A stretch of 64,000 nucleotides of DNA from Trypethelium eluteriae (Eukaryota): NCBI GenBank assembly GCA_051942245.1, contig JAVECL010000004.1, forward strand, positions 62,001-126,000, in the 5' to 3' direction. The position numbers and the translations under genes are program-made. The notes under the pieces were generated by a model that worked only from the letters and a program-made list of their open reading frames with translations, was not told the origin of the DNA and did no database searches. Each line of letters opens with the position of its first letter. Positions within the stretch are counted from its first letter, which is position 1. Of the stretch, positions 1 to 13,091 are shown in pieces.

Positions 1-3000
1 CAGTGGTTGCGGCAGAGCATTCAGCCAATGCAGGAAAGGGAAGTAGACGTCAAGAGAATTTCCAGCCCTTCACTAGCGCTTCGAGAATATCCGATACTCG
101 AATGCGGAAGTCTGAACAGCCATCAAGAGAAGTAGCGGCTTCCTGCCGTCTGCTAGCGTTTGCAGCAGTGGTCCGCATCATTGGTGCAGTTGCTCAGCTG
201 TAACAGGGTGAGAACGCAAACTAATGCTAGCTCTCTCATGCATCTCCACTTGGAGGGGATTCTTCAGGGGTCTGGCAAGTCCATTGTCCGTCCCAGACCT
301 TGTAGAGGGACTTTTGAAATACATCCTTGTGTCGATGAGGCTCGCCGAAGGATGAGAGCTGCCGAAACGCGCCCTAAGATCGTGAAAAATGCAAAGCAGG
401 CAGAATGTTGACGACCCAGTCCTAAGATCGTATCGGAAAAATTGGTTGAGGCGAAGAAAAGGGGATAGCAACTGAGATCCAAACTCTCCGCATTCATTTT
501 GCGTGTATCTCAATTTCTGCCTACAGTAGGCTGTTTCAGATCGACGGATACCCCGGGTCATACGGAAGCCGTTTAACGACAGGTACACATTGCAGGTGGC
601 GACGCGTAGTTGATTAAGGGCGCAGAGATGGAGACGTGTGACGTGACTGGAACCTGAGGCACGGTGCCACGGTGCCACGCTAATTACTTAGGTAAGCTTT
701 GTAATAAGACAAGGCCCATCTTCAACTTTCCACCTTTCGGTGGCCAACCCTTTAACCTTTATAATTGATTGAGAAGCCCTGATAGTGGCAGGATACCGTT
801 CGGAAACTGACCAGCATGTATGAGAAGATTCCTCCAGAGCTATCCAGTGCTTCTCTCCCTGCTTTGCACAACACAGGAGGTCCACAATTAGGTCCCAAAA
901 CCAGTCCCGCGAAAAGGCAGTGGCGTCGAGGATCAAAGCCAGAATATGGAGTGCGGAGTACCGGCCAAGCACGACACCTTTTTCGCGCCACAACCTTAAT
1001 AATTTGAGATATATCTGATCTTGCCTATACGCTCTGGGCAAGGTCGCGACCTCCACGAGATTCATCTTCGCATGTATTGTGATAATGGCTTCTCCCTCTA
1101 CTCCCATACCATTTTCCAATGACAACTAGTCGTCGTAAGCTGTGTGCGGTGGAGGCAGCATCATCTAGGATGCCGACATCCCAGAGCTACATCTTGAGTC
1201 TGCATTAGTTTTTGGCCGGCATGATTGGAATTCTATCATCATCTAAAGACTCTGCTGATTGCAAAAGTGCCGCCCTCCCTTCTTGCTTTACAGATGCTGC
1301 TAACCACTCATTATATCCTTTCTGTTGCCCCTGTCGCCAATGGCTATTCGTGTCGAGGTGATTTGTGTTGAGAAAACAGCGCGTTTACTGTCAAGTGACT
1401 TAGGTATGCCTCTTCGAATAACCTTGCTGTTAAGCCAATGCTCGTTTCCTTAAGTTTGTTCCTTCGCTCTTTCTCCCTTGTTGTTTCTATTTGCGCTATC
1501 GCCGATCTACGTTAGATGTAAATAGCTAGATGAATCTCACGGATAAGTGCTGAAGACTGAGACTGGGGCAGGACTGTATGTGGGAACAAGAATGAGAGGG
1601 CGAGGCAGACAGGCGAGATTGGGCCCATAAGTTGTGGCGAGCTGACCCACAGAGTATGAGTGGATACGAGAACTCATCATATGAAGCGGCTATATGTGTG
1701 GATGAACAGCAGTAGGAACAGATAGGAGAAGCCGAGATTCAAGGCTTTGGCAGATGATCGGATATCTTGGTATATGGGCATCGGAGCTCACCTTCTTACG
1801 TCTGCGATGCAGATATAGAGCAACTAGAGCGTGAACTATGGCACTCTCATGACCACCGTCATTCCGATACAATCGTTGTCAAGGCAATGAATGAAATGAG
1901 GTGAGATAGGACTTACTTTCATTGCAGAACAAAAAACATCATCGAGGAAATGCTGGAGCTCTCTTGCTCCTGAAAGGCTCCATATGGGCTTTTCCTCTCA
2001 TCAATTTAGGTCACTAATACTACAATTGGAATTCTTGCCGAGCCTCCTCGGACTGCATAGACAAGAAACGAGACCATCGAACGCTATATTTATAAAGCTT
2101 CTCTTTCACATTGATCCTTCTCCATTTCCGTCACTTCCTTTTCACTCCTGTAAAAAGGCAGATATCTTCAGGATCTCGTGGTAGATATACCTGAATCCAT
2201 GGGAGTATGTCAGATTACTTACAGATAAAATTGGAGTCTTTAACTGAGCGGATTGTAAAACAGTGGAGACTATGAGTGGGAAAAGCCGAGGATCGAGGCT
2301 TGCATCTTGAATTGGGTATTAGCTCTGATCAACGCTGCTGACCTGGGCCAGATCCGCGTCAATTGCGGTCGGCCGTAGTTTAAAAGTAGGCAAAGTGAGG
2401 AACACTCTGACGTCCTTCAGATTTGTTTCGCATTCTATAACCTCTGCTGGCACTTTCCAGGGTGGTGAGGTTGTCAGCCGACAGTAGCCATGGCAAAAGA
2501 CTGCCCGTCGAGACGATCGAGGATGGCGATGGCAGTGAAGTCCACATTTTGGGTCCACCGTCAACAAACGCAAACACAAAGCGCAGTCATTCAGATAATC
2601 AGCACAATCAAATGGCCTACGGGATCCTCAGTCCAGCAATCCGCGCCATGACAGGATGTGCATTGCTTGCGGAGAAACAGGCCCATAGGAATGAATTGAT
2701 CGTGGTCACTCCCCCCCGCCACTGGAACAGTGCATAAGCGTAAACGTCTTGTAATCTTGGATTGGGACTCTCAACTGAATGAGATTTGCAGTAAGGATTT
2801 GATATGAAAGACCAGATAAATCCATAGTTCAATCAGCGGAACTCCAACCAATTAGCCGCTACTAACAAGTCTCTTGTGATAAAATTACGTGGCATCAATC
2901 CTGATACGCCGTGCTCGGACATAACAACCTAGATCCTCGCGTCCTGGGTGGAGATAAATTGGTCCCCTTTGGATTCTTTGCACTCGAATCTTTGTTCGAC

Positions 3001-3394
3001 CTTTGCAGATTAGCCCCTTGTCGGTTTGCTGTACATTCGCTCATCTTTCGTAGTTGCGGAGTGTGTCAGTACCGCTTCTCCAGACAGTAATTCTTCGCAC
3101 TGGCCTGGGACTTGTCATACGTCTAGTTTGAAGTAGAAATCTCGGTCAGTGAGCTAAAACGTGTCTTGTCAATTCTCCGATGTCGTCAGATAGTCAGACT
3201 CCCAAGGACCAAGGGGTTCCTGACAGGATAGGGCACAGTGTTGTGCAGAAAACTACCAACCGCAGCCTTCCGAGCGAAGAATAAGAAAAGTCCGCATTAC
3301 ATGCTGACGCAGAAAGACGTGGAGAGCCTGATGAAGTTACCGAGTGGCAAGGCTAACAAAGCAATGCGGAGTACCTTTCCTCGATATTTCCTCA

Positions 3395-5927
3395 TTATTC
3401 TCCAAAACTATGCTGACTTCCCACACTCTGCCCTAAGTTACTACTCAGTCTCCTGCTTATACCCTTCCCCATCCCAATTGGGACGCTTGAATCAACGGAC
3501 TTGCGTCGTTGATGTGTTCGGAACGTAGTCTCGGGCCGATCCCCGTTTTCTGGATTCTCTGGGTCTTCCTCGATCACTGATTCCTGGAACGCTGTCGAGG
3601 ACGCTGTGCATAATTGCTGCGGTCTACGTTCATTCCAGCGCTGAGGAGATTCCGAGGCTTTAGAGGAATTAGAAAGGGAACGATGAATTACCTGTCCCTC
3701 CATACGGGGCGTGCGTTCTACTCCAGCACCACCATCAACCATCACTTCTTCCTCATCGTCCTTGTCCTCATCACCGCCGAATCCTTCCCCTTCAATCAGC
3801 CATAACGAGGCCACTGCACCCACTGCCGATATTCCTGCAAATGTCCACCAAGGCAACCAGGCCATGCTCCTCCGAACACCCCAGCCCAAAAGATTCCCGC
3901 CAATGGCCGGTCCAGCCGCGCGTCCAATTGCTGACACGGATGTTGAAATCCCATTGAGCGTGCCCAGGACAGTAAGGCTACTCGCAGAATTTGTGAGAAG
4001 AATTGTACTGCATGGAAAAGCAAAGACCGCTGCGGTACATTTGAATAACATGACGAGAAAGAGTATGAAGACATTGAAAGGAAGTTGAAAGATTGAGGAA
4101 TGCTGGGTCGAGTTAGCGGTAATATTGACTGCCCTGGAGTGTTGTCCGGTTGCAGGAAGAGACACAGGAAGAAGAGCGGTGTAAGGCACAATGACATAGA
4201 CTATGGGAAAGGCGAATGAGCATATGTGGTATACGCGAAGTACACCAAACTTTCGCGCAGCTGGCGGAAAGATGAAGAATTGGATAAAAAGCGCAAAGAT
4301 GCCATAGGCGGTCAGAAGAAAGCCGATGCTCTGCGTTGCTGTGTTCGATACCACTCAGTGACATGGTTCCAATGGTATCGTTCGCCACTAGGCCATGGCG
4401 CGAAGGGTCAGAGGCAACTTACATATTTGAAATCCACCTTTGAAATGAAATGGTAGGGAAATGTCTGGATCAGAGGGGTTCTGCCGCTCTTGATTAAGGT
4501 AGACAGGAATGAGCTGATCAAACCCAAGAGAGTGCGTTGCTAGAATGGTATACACAAAGAGGTTGAGCACAGATTGTTTCGTGAGAACATCTCGGTAGCT
4601 TGTGTGGCTTTGATATTTAGCTGGCTTTGATTCGTTTTGACTTTGAGTGTTAAAATCCTCGTCCGCGATAGATGCTCTACGATGGGAAGTAGGTTTGAGT
4701 AAGGGCTCTTGCTCCCCAGCTGTCGGTCGCTGAAGCCACCGCTTCAAGCTGCACATACGTCGTGCAAAGAATTCAATGATTCGGTCTCCCAGAGCAGTTC
4801 CTGGGTCATACTGGTTTCGTCGTGTCTGCAAAGACTCCTGCTGATAGTTCAGCCATCGAAGTTCGCCCAACTCAGAGGTCCCCCGGAGCTTGGCCAGCGT
4901 GAAGGTACTGACCTTAAGAAAGAGAGTAGCATTGATCAGACTGATTATGAAGAGAGCTGCTGCCAGAATGTTTGGCAAAGCGAATGGATATCGTTCCAAA
5001 AAGTCCCCATTTCTTCTCATGCCTCGTTGGCCGTCTCTTTCCGGGGGGACACGCAAGGGATTCGCCAAAGCACCACCGATTGCAGGACCGAGAACACTGC
5101 CGATATTCCAGACAAGTGGCATGATGCTAAAAGCCCGAGGCTGCAACTCCTTCCATGGTACCAACTCAGCTACAGCGGTCCTAATTACCCCGACCTACGA
5201 GAGTGCGAAAGTAAGCATCGTATTCTCAAGAGCAGGCAGAAAGCCTCAACAGAAAATTTGAGCCCGAAAGCAGCCAACGCACGACAGCAAACATGGCACT
5301 CTCAGTCGCCTAAGATTCCCATCGACCTCAAGAAGTGTGTTATGCGCTGCATCCAGAGAGAGCGGCCATGAAACAAGGTCAACACCATTGCGAACACGCT
5401 CAACCAAGTCGAAAAAAGGCACAGTATGAATCAGGCCAACTCCAGCATCACGGGTTCACTCACATTGCCATTTCCCGCGCCGGCTAGCGCCCGGACAACC
5501 ATGGTCATCGGCAACGAAGTCGAAAAGCCCCAGAGCAGAGTCGTGATCAATGTGTTGAAGAGTGAGAGGATAATGGCGGGTTTTCGACCAAAACGATCAC
5601 TAAATCTTCCCCAAGGAATGCCTGTCAAGCACTGGGCAAGACTGAAAACACTCATAGCAAACCCAGCCCATTCTGCTACCGATGAGGGAGGGACAAAGAA
5701 TGAAATCATCTCGGGAAGATACGGATTTACGCTGGTAAGGGCAATAGGCTCGGCGAAGCGACATATCGCTACAAAGAAGTATCAGCGACAGATCCGTTCT
5801 TACGTGGAGTTGACAGTCATGCCAAACAGGCGACATGAGTTCGCGTTGCAAACCCATGAGAATACGGCTGCGTACCTAGGATTGTAAGTTGGCGTAGAGG
5901 CAATTTATGCTCGCGCTGTCCAGTCAT
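3395..5927 (-). CDS. Major facilitator superfamily (MFS) transporter, DHA-like, spliced
   Basis: Exon 1 ATG at 5927 (MTGQREHKLPLRQLTIL) is spliced via GTACGC...TGTAG to ICRFAEPIALTSVNPYLPEMI. MFS motif A (WGRFSDRFGRKP), RALAGAGNGN/VGVIRTAVAELVP and multiple hydrophobic helices occur across ORFs 5431-5709, 4388-5164 and 3395-4354. Confidence 0.92.
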
Positions 5928-6673
5928 GGCGCAGAGTCTGTGGCAGTCACCTGCTGGAAAGCCTTTCCCCGGGCGTTCTTCCGCTGCAAGCATTGGAGGA
6001 CTGAAAAAAGGGCGCCGCTCGACAAGCCGGGGGGACGTTGAGAGGCGCCCACGACCTGTCTCTGGAAGTCGTCATGGTGGCAGAGGCACGAGTGGGCATG
6101 ACCATCAGAAAACGGCGGAAGGACGCACAAGAATAGTATAGTGGCATGAGCGGTCAGGTGGATGTTGGGAGGTGCAGAAGTGCAGCCTGCAGGTGGTTAC
6201 TCAGTACGGACACGACGGAGTACGGATTACTCCGTACGGCCGCACGCTTAGGAGTACGGAGCACTAGAAACGTGGGGAGCGGCGTGGGGAGCAAGCCCAG
6301 GAAGGCAGCCCCAGAGATTCCCCAATAATCCTTGTAACTCGCTGCTTCTTGAGTTGCCTCTCAAAATCCGATGCCTACTTTGATGGGAGACGCATCCCAG
6401 CTGACAGGATCAAGTGCAGAACAAGGTGGACCCACGGTCCTAGCTTGATACCAGGTTTATCGCAAGGACACCATTCTAAAACAACACCATTGAACCCTGT
6501 GGATATTCTGTCGCGTCCTTAACATAGACCGCCATCCCACCCGATTGACTCGTTACTCATCTCGCATGTCGGCCCTCTCTAAGCAATGTTGAAACTCTCC
6601 CTTCCAGATGGGCCGAAATATATTGCATGCCTTCCTTCTGATTGAGTTAACATTGCCTCAGTGGTACATCCCC

Positions 6674-8651
6674 TCAGCTCTCGGCATCTACAAATTCATC
6701 AACACTTCCGGCAACGCTGTCTTGCCTCAAGACGTGGTTTTCAGCCGTGCTTGGCTGCAGTGGCTGTCGCAGACCACTTGGCACCGTGCCGCCTGGAGAT
6801 GAAGCATTAGCTTGGGCGGACGGCACCACCTTTGAACCATCATGTTGACCAAAGTCAATTAGGTCAGCCTGTGTAGCGCTCATCGGCTGCGGCGGCACCG
6901 CTGAATGGGTAGATGAAGCATTGTTTGCTTTCGATGATGATGATGGAGTTGGCAATTGAGAGCTACCGCCTAAATTGCTAAAGTCGGATGCTTTTTGACC
7001 GGGCAGAATCGGTGCAATTGAAAGTATCTGTTTGATCTGATCTTTGTCGCTGACATTGTAATTACTGGAGAGAATCTCAGTTAGTATGACGAACAAAGCT
7101 CGGGACGGAACCACAAGGGTCTTACATGTCCGCGTTGATGATCCAGTCAAGGTTCTCTTCGCCTTCCTCTGGACCCCCTGGGCCTCCTTGTACACGTCTG
7201 AAGAGCTGAGGTTGCCACTCAAGTCCCTGTTTCTCTCTCTGCGAAGCTTCGTCCCGCTGTCTGTCTTCAATCCGGCTTTTGTCATCTGTCGCAGCTCGAT
7301 GATCGGTCTTCCTGATAGCCGCGGTTGTCTTTGCCCAGAGTCTTTGGGATTCCCTCTCCCCTTGCTCTTCAAGTGGTCGGGTTTGTGGATATGCGGCTCG
7401 GGCGTGTGTTGCATCGAAGAGGACTTCCTTCTTGCCGGTCTACAGAGAGAAAAAATTAGGCACTTGTAGCAGGCACAAGATCCGATGGGGTAGGACGCAC
7501 GGAAAGATTCTTCATGGTCATCTCTCCTGACCATAAACCGGATAGCTCATAAAGATTCTTTCCCGCTTTTGTGTCTTTGATGTACCCGCCAACAACGTTG
7601 TAGTTTCCCCCGATCCATCCTTTTGTCTTGAATTCGATGTCTGCTTCTAAGCCCGATTCAGGACACCGCACAAAACTGTGGTCTCCCAACTCATACTGCA
7701 TCTTGCCGACGATGATGTTCCGAGCGTACATGTTGGGTTGAGTAATGAAGCTATCGTAGGTACCTGGTCAGTCCTTGATCTTCGGGAAACCCAACAGCTT
7801 GTTCGACGTACAATCGCTCACCCCTGTTCAGAAATCGCATAACAGCAATCCCCTCCATCATACTTGCTGCAGACGTGCCCAGAAATTTACTTCTTGGCTT
7901 CAGCGTCCCGTCGATCCGAATGTGATGCTCGGGAGCCATGAAAAAGTAGCTGGATTTTGGAGGATGGTGTGATGTTTGTTCAGAGATATAGTATCCTCGA
8001 GTTTTGTCCGGGTAGTCCCAGTAGCAAGTGAAAAGCTCGCCGAGGATAGGATTTAGGGGTTTCTTCACCCCACTACCAACAGATTAGACGGCAGAGTCCA
8101 TGCCAATCAGAATTTGACAAACATACGGGGGCTTGATGTGCCATCCGCTCAGGTAAAACCTGACAACAGCAACAAACCGTTGAATAGGGTCATCAATCTT
8201 GGGCATTGGCAACAGGGTATCTGGATGTGCCATGAAACTGAAGGTCTTATCTTAGCGGAGTCTATAGTTATTTCTCAGAACCAATTTACTTGGTGATTCT
8301 CTCCAACATAGATCGCGGCTCGAGAATAAATGTCGGTAGAGTAACGCGGCTGAGATCCGCTCCAGGTCGTAGCTGTTTGATAATGTGCATGAGCACTGCC
8401 GAAAACAACGATACGTTAGCGCAAGATCTATAGTTCATGGCTAGATAATTTTGGTGGAAGTCTCTCATACCGTTGCCCTGCTCTGCGTCCACAACAGTCT
8501 CATCTTCGGTGCCCGGATCTCTCAGGTCCTCGGCCGAGGAGCGGGTGCCTGCGTAGAAGCGAAACGACTGTCAGCTATCCATGACTGAATATTTATTCTT
8601 TATGATACTCATACTCGCTTCCGACTTCCGCCTATGGCTGCCAAGAACCAT
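6674..8651 (-). CDS. Oxysterol-binding protein family lipid-transfer protein (short Osh6/Osh7-like), multi-exon
   Basis: Motifs QLRPGADLSRVTLPTFILEPRSMLERIT, KKPLNPILGELF and OSBP signature EQTSHHPP. Putative first exon ATG at 8651 (MVLGSHRRKSEA) is followed by a GTATGA donor. Confidence 0.92.
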
Positions 8652-9960
8652 TTTGAGGGTATGATATTTCGAACTGGTGGGGTTATAGGGAAACAGGCGG
8701 ACGCTGCTATTTGGGCGAATGCGGTCGTGGAATAGAGAAGAAAAAAAGAGAGGTCGCTTAAGTCATGTGGTCTTCTCGCATGAGCTGCATCACAAGTGCA
8801 GAAAGTGGAAGTCGAGGATTCGTGAGCACGGTGTCGTTAAGGTAGAGTGCTAAGTCGCAGAGGCAGCAGGCCCAGCACGACCCTTGCACAAATGACGACT
8901 TGGGCCAGATGTCAATCAAGCCTGGCGTGCCTGCGTGGTGGGGCCGTTTCCCGATCTCGCATCCAGCTCTACCTACGGAGTATTATTGTTACTACTTCCA
9001 CCACTCCTTTCCCCTTGCTATCAATTACGTATCGAAACACTCTCACTTAGAGACAAATGCCTCCAGTCCGACCAGTACGGCTCACTACTGCTGTGGATGT
9101 CACTAGACTAGTAGAGTAGTATCTTCTTCAAGGGTCACCACTGACTCAAAATTTCCCTTAGTTTCTAATTCTCTGCGTGTCTCCTTGCGCATCACTTTCT
9201 TCGTATTCCTCTTTGTAAAGTGGGAGGCTAAGTTCATTGCGTGATTCCAGTATGCTAACCAAGAACAGTCCATTGTGTTGGCTTGGCGAAAGTGCTTGAG
9301 CACGACGCGGCTCCTGTCTTCGAACTGATGGACAATCTCTTCAACAAGGACTACCATACCAGCCTCAAGACGCAAATCCTTGCAGAGCTGACGTTTGGTC
9401 AATTGTACGGCTGATTTATGCACTTGGTCTCGTTGAAGCTCCCGAAGAGTGTTCTGTAGACACAAGCAAGGTTTTTGAAGGACTTTCATTCGTGTCTTAA
9501 TGAATTCTTTACCTACCCAATGGCCCCGACTTCCTCTTGCTTTTGATCTATCTTCCGCTCTAGTTTTGCGAAGCATCGTTTCTGTGATACTTCAAATGAT
9601 TTGAGGCAACAGTGATATGCCATGGCCAATTCCTCGGGAACTCGACATTTTTGATTCGTCGATCTCTTTCTACATTTGAAACAATCCACATGATTGGGCA
9701 TGACACTGCGTCGACCCAGAAGGCAAGTATATTTTCGCACATGTCTTTCTCACGTATCGTTGCACAACAGCCACAAAGCTCAAAGCATGCTAAAGTCGAG
9801 CAGCATCCTGACCACTACCGATAGAAAGCTGGCTCAGTCAATATCTCCCTCAAGAAAAAAATAAATGTTTATCTTCATCTATTGTTCTCATTGCTCGAAT
9901 TCTACCTGATTCTGACAATCGGTAGATGGGTACCGAATTGGTTGTGTACCATGCTTCCGC

Positions 9961-11262
9961 CTACAGTTTTGAAGCGTTGTTTTCCATCCAATGCATATTC
10001 ACCGGCGTCAACGCTTTTCCCATCTCAAAAAAGCTCAAAATGTTTTCAATCCCCAAGCGCTCGAATCCAACGTGACTATCGACACTCGCTCCTGCTGTGT
10101 GACTCAGCATTTCTACGTTCCGCATCTTCGCTAGCTTCTGGTTTACGACTGGTTCGTCGTAATGTACGTCTAGTCCAGCGGCAAATAGTCTTCCTGATTC
10201 GAGCGCTTCAACAAGCGCAGGCTCATCAATTAGCTTTCCTCGCGCCACATTCACAATACGCGATCCCGGCTTGAAGTATTGGAACGAGGCTGCGCTCAGA
10301 ACTTTTTCACCGCCAAACGGCGTGGCTACCACGGTGCAATCCGCTACAGCCAGCAGATCCTCCAGCTTGGGGTAGAAAGTGGCGTCCACGGTCTTCTCGA
10401 TATCTTCAGGTATACGCCGAATGTCGTTGTAAACGATTTTCATCCCAAGCGCAGCCTTGGCCTTCTGTGCAACCAGATACCCTATCTTGCCAAGGCCGAT
10501 TATACCGAGAATTGAGTTTCGAGGATTACTAGTAGTAGCTGCGATATTCCTATTGGCATCTTTGAATGCTGAGACAGACAGTGAGCGAGCGGCCTGCGAA
10601 GACCAGGAGAATAGGCGGTAGGTGCTCAAGATAAGCCAGATTGCGGCATCCGCTACAGATTCCGTGCAAGCGGCTGCAGCGTTGCAATAAATAATGCCTA
10701 TCAGATTGGATCAGGCACAAGTGCAATTTGACGACGAGCTTGTGGTGATCTACGTTCGAGGGGATTTCTTGGAGCTGGCAGGACGTTTCAAACCCTCTTT
10801 GATGAACGAATGATACCATACGAGACACACTCAGGTGGTAGGAGCTTGCGTGGTGCTTAACTGATGAACACGAGAGACAGAGGATGTATGAGAGGACAAG
10901 CGTACCACTGCGAGCCAAACGCTTCGTATCCACCCAATCGAAGCCAGCACCCGCGCTTGTAAAAATCTTACAGGATGGCGGTAGCAGTGAACTGGATTTT
11001 ATCAGCAGATACTCCACATGATGGCAACAATATCTATGTACATTAACTCCTCGTCCCAATTACCCATTTCACCACCGGTATTCCAAAACGGTCTGTACAT
11101 AGCAACGAAATCGCCAAATTCCTTGTTCTTCAGGGCTTGTTTAAACTCCTCTCTAGGCATGCTGTAGCTCCGGACGATATGAAAACTGTCTTGCAGTTGT
11201 TTGTACAACTCATGGTTCCACTTGATATCGTCACCAAGATGAAGAATAGCCGGTTTTGACAT
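9961..11262 (-). CDS. D-isomer-specific 2-hydroxyacid dehydrogenase (glyoxylate/hydroxypyruvate reductase-like) with C-terminal SKL
   Basis: Contains SAGAGFDWVD, Rossmann GIIGLGKIG, IVNVARG, GLDVHYDEP and HTAG. Three exons with the ATG at 11262 (MSKPAILHLGDD). Ends ENNASKL. Confidence 0.93.
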
Positions 11263-11924
11263 GATCACGGGAAAACTTGTATAAGACGAGGCAAGTTCTA
11301 GGAATGTCGACTTGATCGTGTGCGAGAAATAAGAAAGAAATTTGTCAGAAATGTCCCAAGGTCGATGGGAAATGTTTCAAGCAACCAGTGCTGCTGCAGC
11401 CTGAATCGCAACCCATCCCGCTCGATCGTCGGATGGACTTCCATACCTGGAAAGACTGGGTAAGAAAATCCGAGGGACTTTGAAGGTCGGAATCAATGTA
11501 AGGTAAGTTAGGTAGTTGACTAGTGATTACTTAGCTACCATCATGACATGGGTGCAAGGCGTGGGTGGCGTGGCGTGGATGGAGCACGTGAGTAGTAGAT
11601 CTTTCCGGCCCCCGCTCCCTTTCGCGCGCCTTTTTTCCTCTTCATCGAAAGTTTTCACCCAGGAAATTTGGCATCCTGTCCCCCTTGATATACATGGGCT
11701 TGAAGCTGTATTAGCTGGGGAGATCAAATGTCGTTTTCCAAGAAGCGCTGCTAGGTTCGAAGTGCGTTCCACTGAGCTGCGACTCCCGTTAAGACGAAAC
11801 ATTCTTTCACCAATACCATCCTTCTACTTCTCATCCTTATGCCCCCCAATTGCTGTTGCATCGTTCAAGATGTCTGTCTAGGCTGTCCGGACTGCAAGTC
11901 GGTCCTCCATGACTTATACGAATC

Positions 11925-12704
11925 ATGACCACGGTACGAAAGCTGTCGGCATTCGCCGGTATTGAAGTCGGACTGGAAAGCCCAATGGCAGCCCTGTCCC
12001 TAGACCCAGTAACATTTCGCTTCTTTGACCTCCCGTCTGAATTGCGGGTGCGAGTTTATGAGCTCCTTCTCCTCATTCCCGATACGATCGACCTTGATTC
12101 GAATAACTTTCGCCGCATCACGCCACGCCTCAACATCTTCTTGGTGTGCAAACGCATGCATGAAGAGGCCTTCCGCATATTCTACGGTCGCCATACCTTC
12201 CGTCTCTTTTCCCTCAGCCAACGCTTCTTCCACGCCAAACGACCCCTCTTTTCCCGACTTCCACAACGTTATAGAGCTGCCGTCACTAAGCTTGAGTTGC
12301 GCGTAGGGCCTGGTTGGACGGCGCCACCTAAAGGGTGGAATACAGCGCCATCGCTTGGTTTAGTCGATGCCACCAGTATGAGGCTGTTGAAAATCTTTGT
12401 GGAAGTTGATCCCAGTAGTCATGATATATTTAAGGGCTTCAGAGTCACAGAAGACTTTTATACAGTATTTTGCCAAGGTCTGGTTAGGGAGATCTTGTGT
12501 CAGGTTCCATCCATCACAGAAGTCCAATTCGATGCATGGACCTCTGTCTCCAAGCACGCGCCTCTCATGCGAGAGCTGCTTAATGAGGCCAGGATAGCAA
12601 ATCGGGAGATCAGCTGGGGTCCACTTCGCGGATGGAACGATGGCGCTGAGGACCCCGTTGGATCAATCGGCCTAGAAGACGCCATGGCCATGATCAGTCT
12701 GTAA
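11925..12704 (+). CDS. Conserved fungal hypothetical protein with N-terminal F-box-like motif
   Basis: Intronless 259-aa ORF. FRFFDLPSELRVRVYELLL followed by LVCKRMHEEAFRIFYG is a pattern typical of fungal F-box-like orphan proteins. The start could be the later ATG (MAALSLDP). Confidence 0.75.
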   Translation: MTTVRKLSAFAGIEVGLESPMAALSLDPVTFRFFDLPSELRVRVYELLLLIPDTIDLDSNNFRRITPRLNIFLVCKRMHEEAFRIFYGRHTFRLFSLSQRFFHAKRPLFSRLPQRYRAAVTKLELRVGPGWTAPPKGWNTAPSLGLVDATSMRLLKIFVEVDPSSHDIFKGFRVTEDFYTVFCQGLVREILCQVPSITEVQFDAWTSVSKHAPLMRELLNEARIANREISWGPLRGWNDGAEDPVGSIGLEDAMAMISL

Positions 12705-13091
12705 TTATCATGTTGAGAATCAATGTAATAATTTGATAAAAGCGATTTAGAAGATATGACAAATGGTCTGTGGGGAGCACCGGGGAGTTGCGCAGTGTTC
12801 GCCTACATACCTTCAGGTGTGGTACGGTGGTACCATACATGGTAGTGAAGTGTTTGCCCCACCTGAACTCCGACTCACTCTCTCCAAGTCATTGCCTCAT
12901 TTTTGGCTCACTGCCCGTACTCAGTCCCACACATAGCTTCTCCTACCACCACCTAAAAGCTTGAGCTTCCATGATCTCCTGCCTCGAATTTGAGCAGTAC
13001 CAACTCGATGCGGATCCTATCCAGCTCCAAGGTCCACTGTTGCATGCCCCACAAAATTTCCTCATAATCCCTCACAGAAATAACCCCCACC

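Noticed and set aside
5195..5463. Long intron in a transporter gene as a possible TPP riboswitch
   Set aside because: It has CTGAGA but lacks the rest of the TPP aptamer core (CCTGAT...GGATAATNCC...GCG.AGGGA).
10799..10864. TGATGA...CTGA within the ~200-nt dehydrogenase intron
   Set aside because: The boxes are antisense to the host transcript and no guide match is recognisable.
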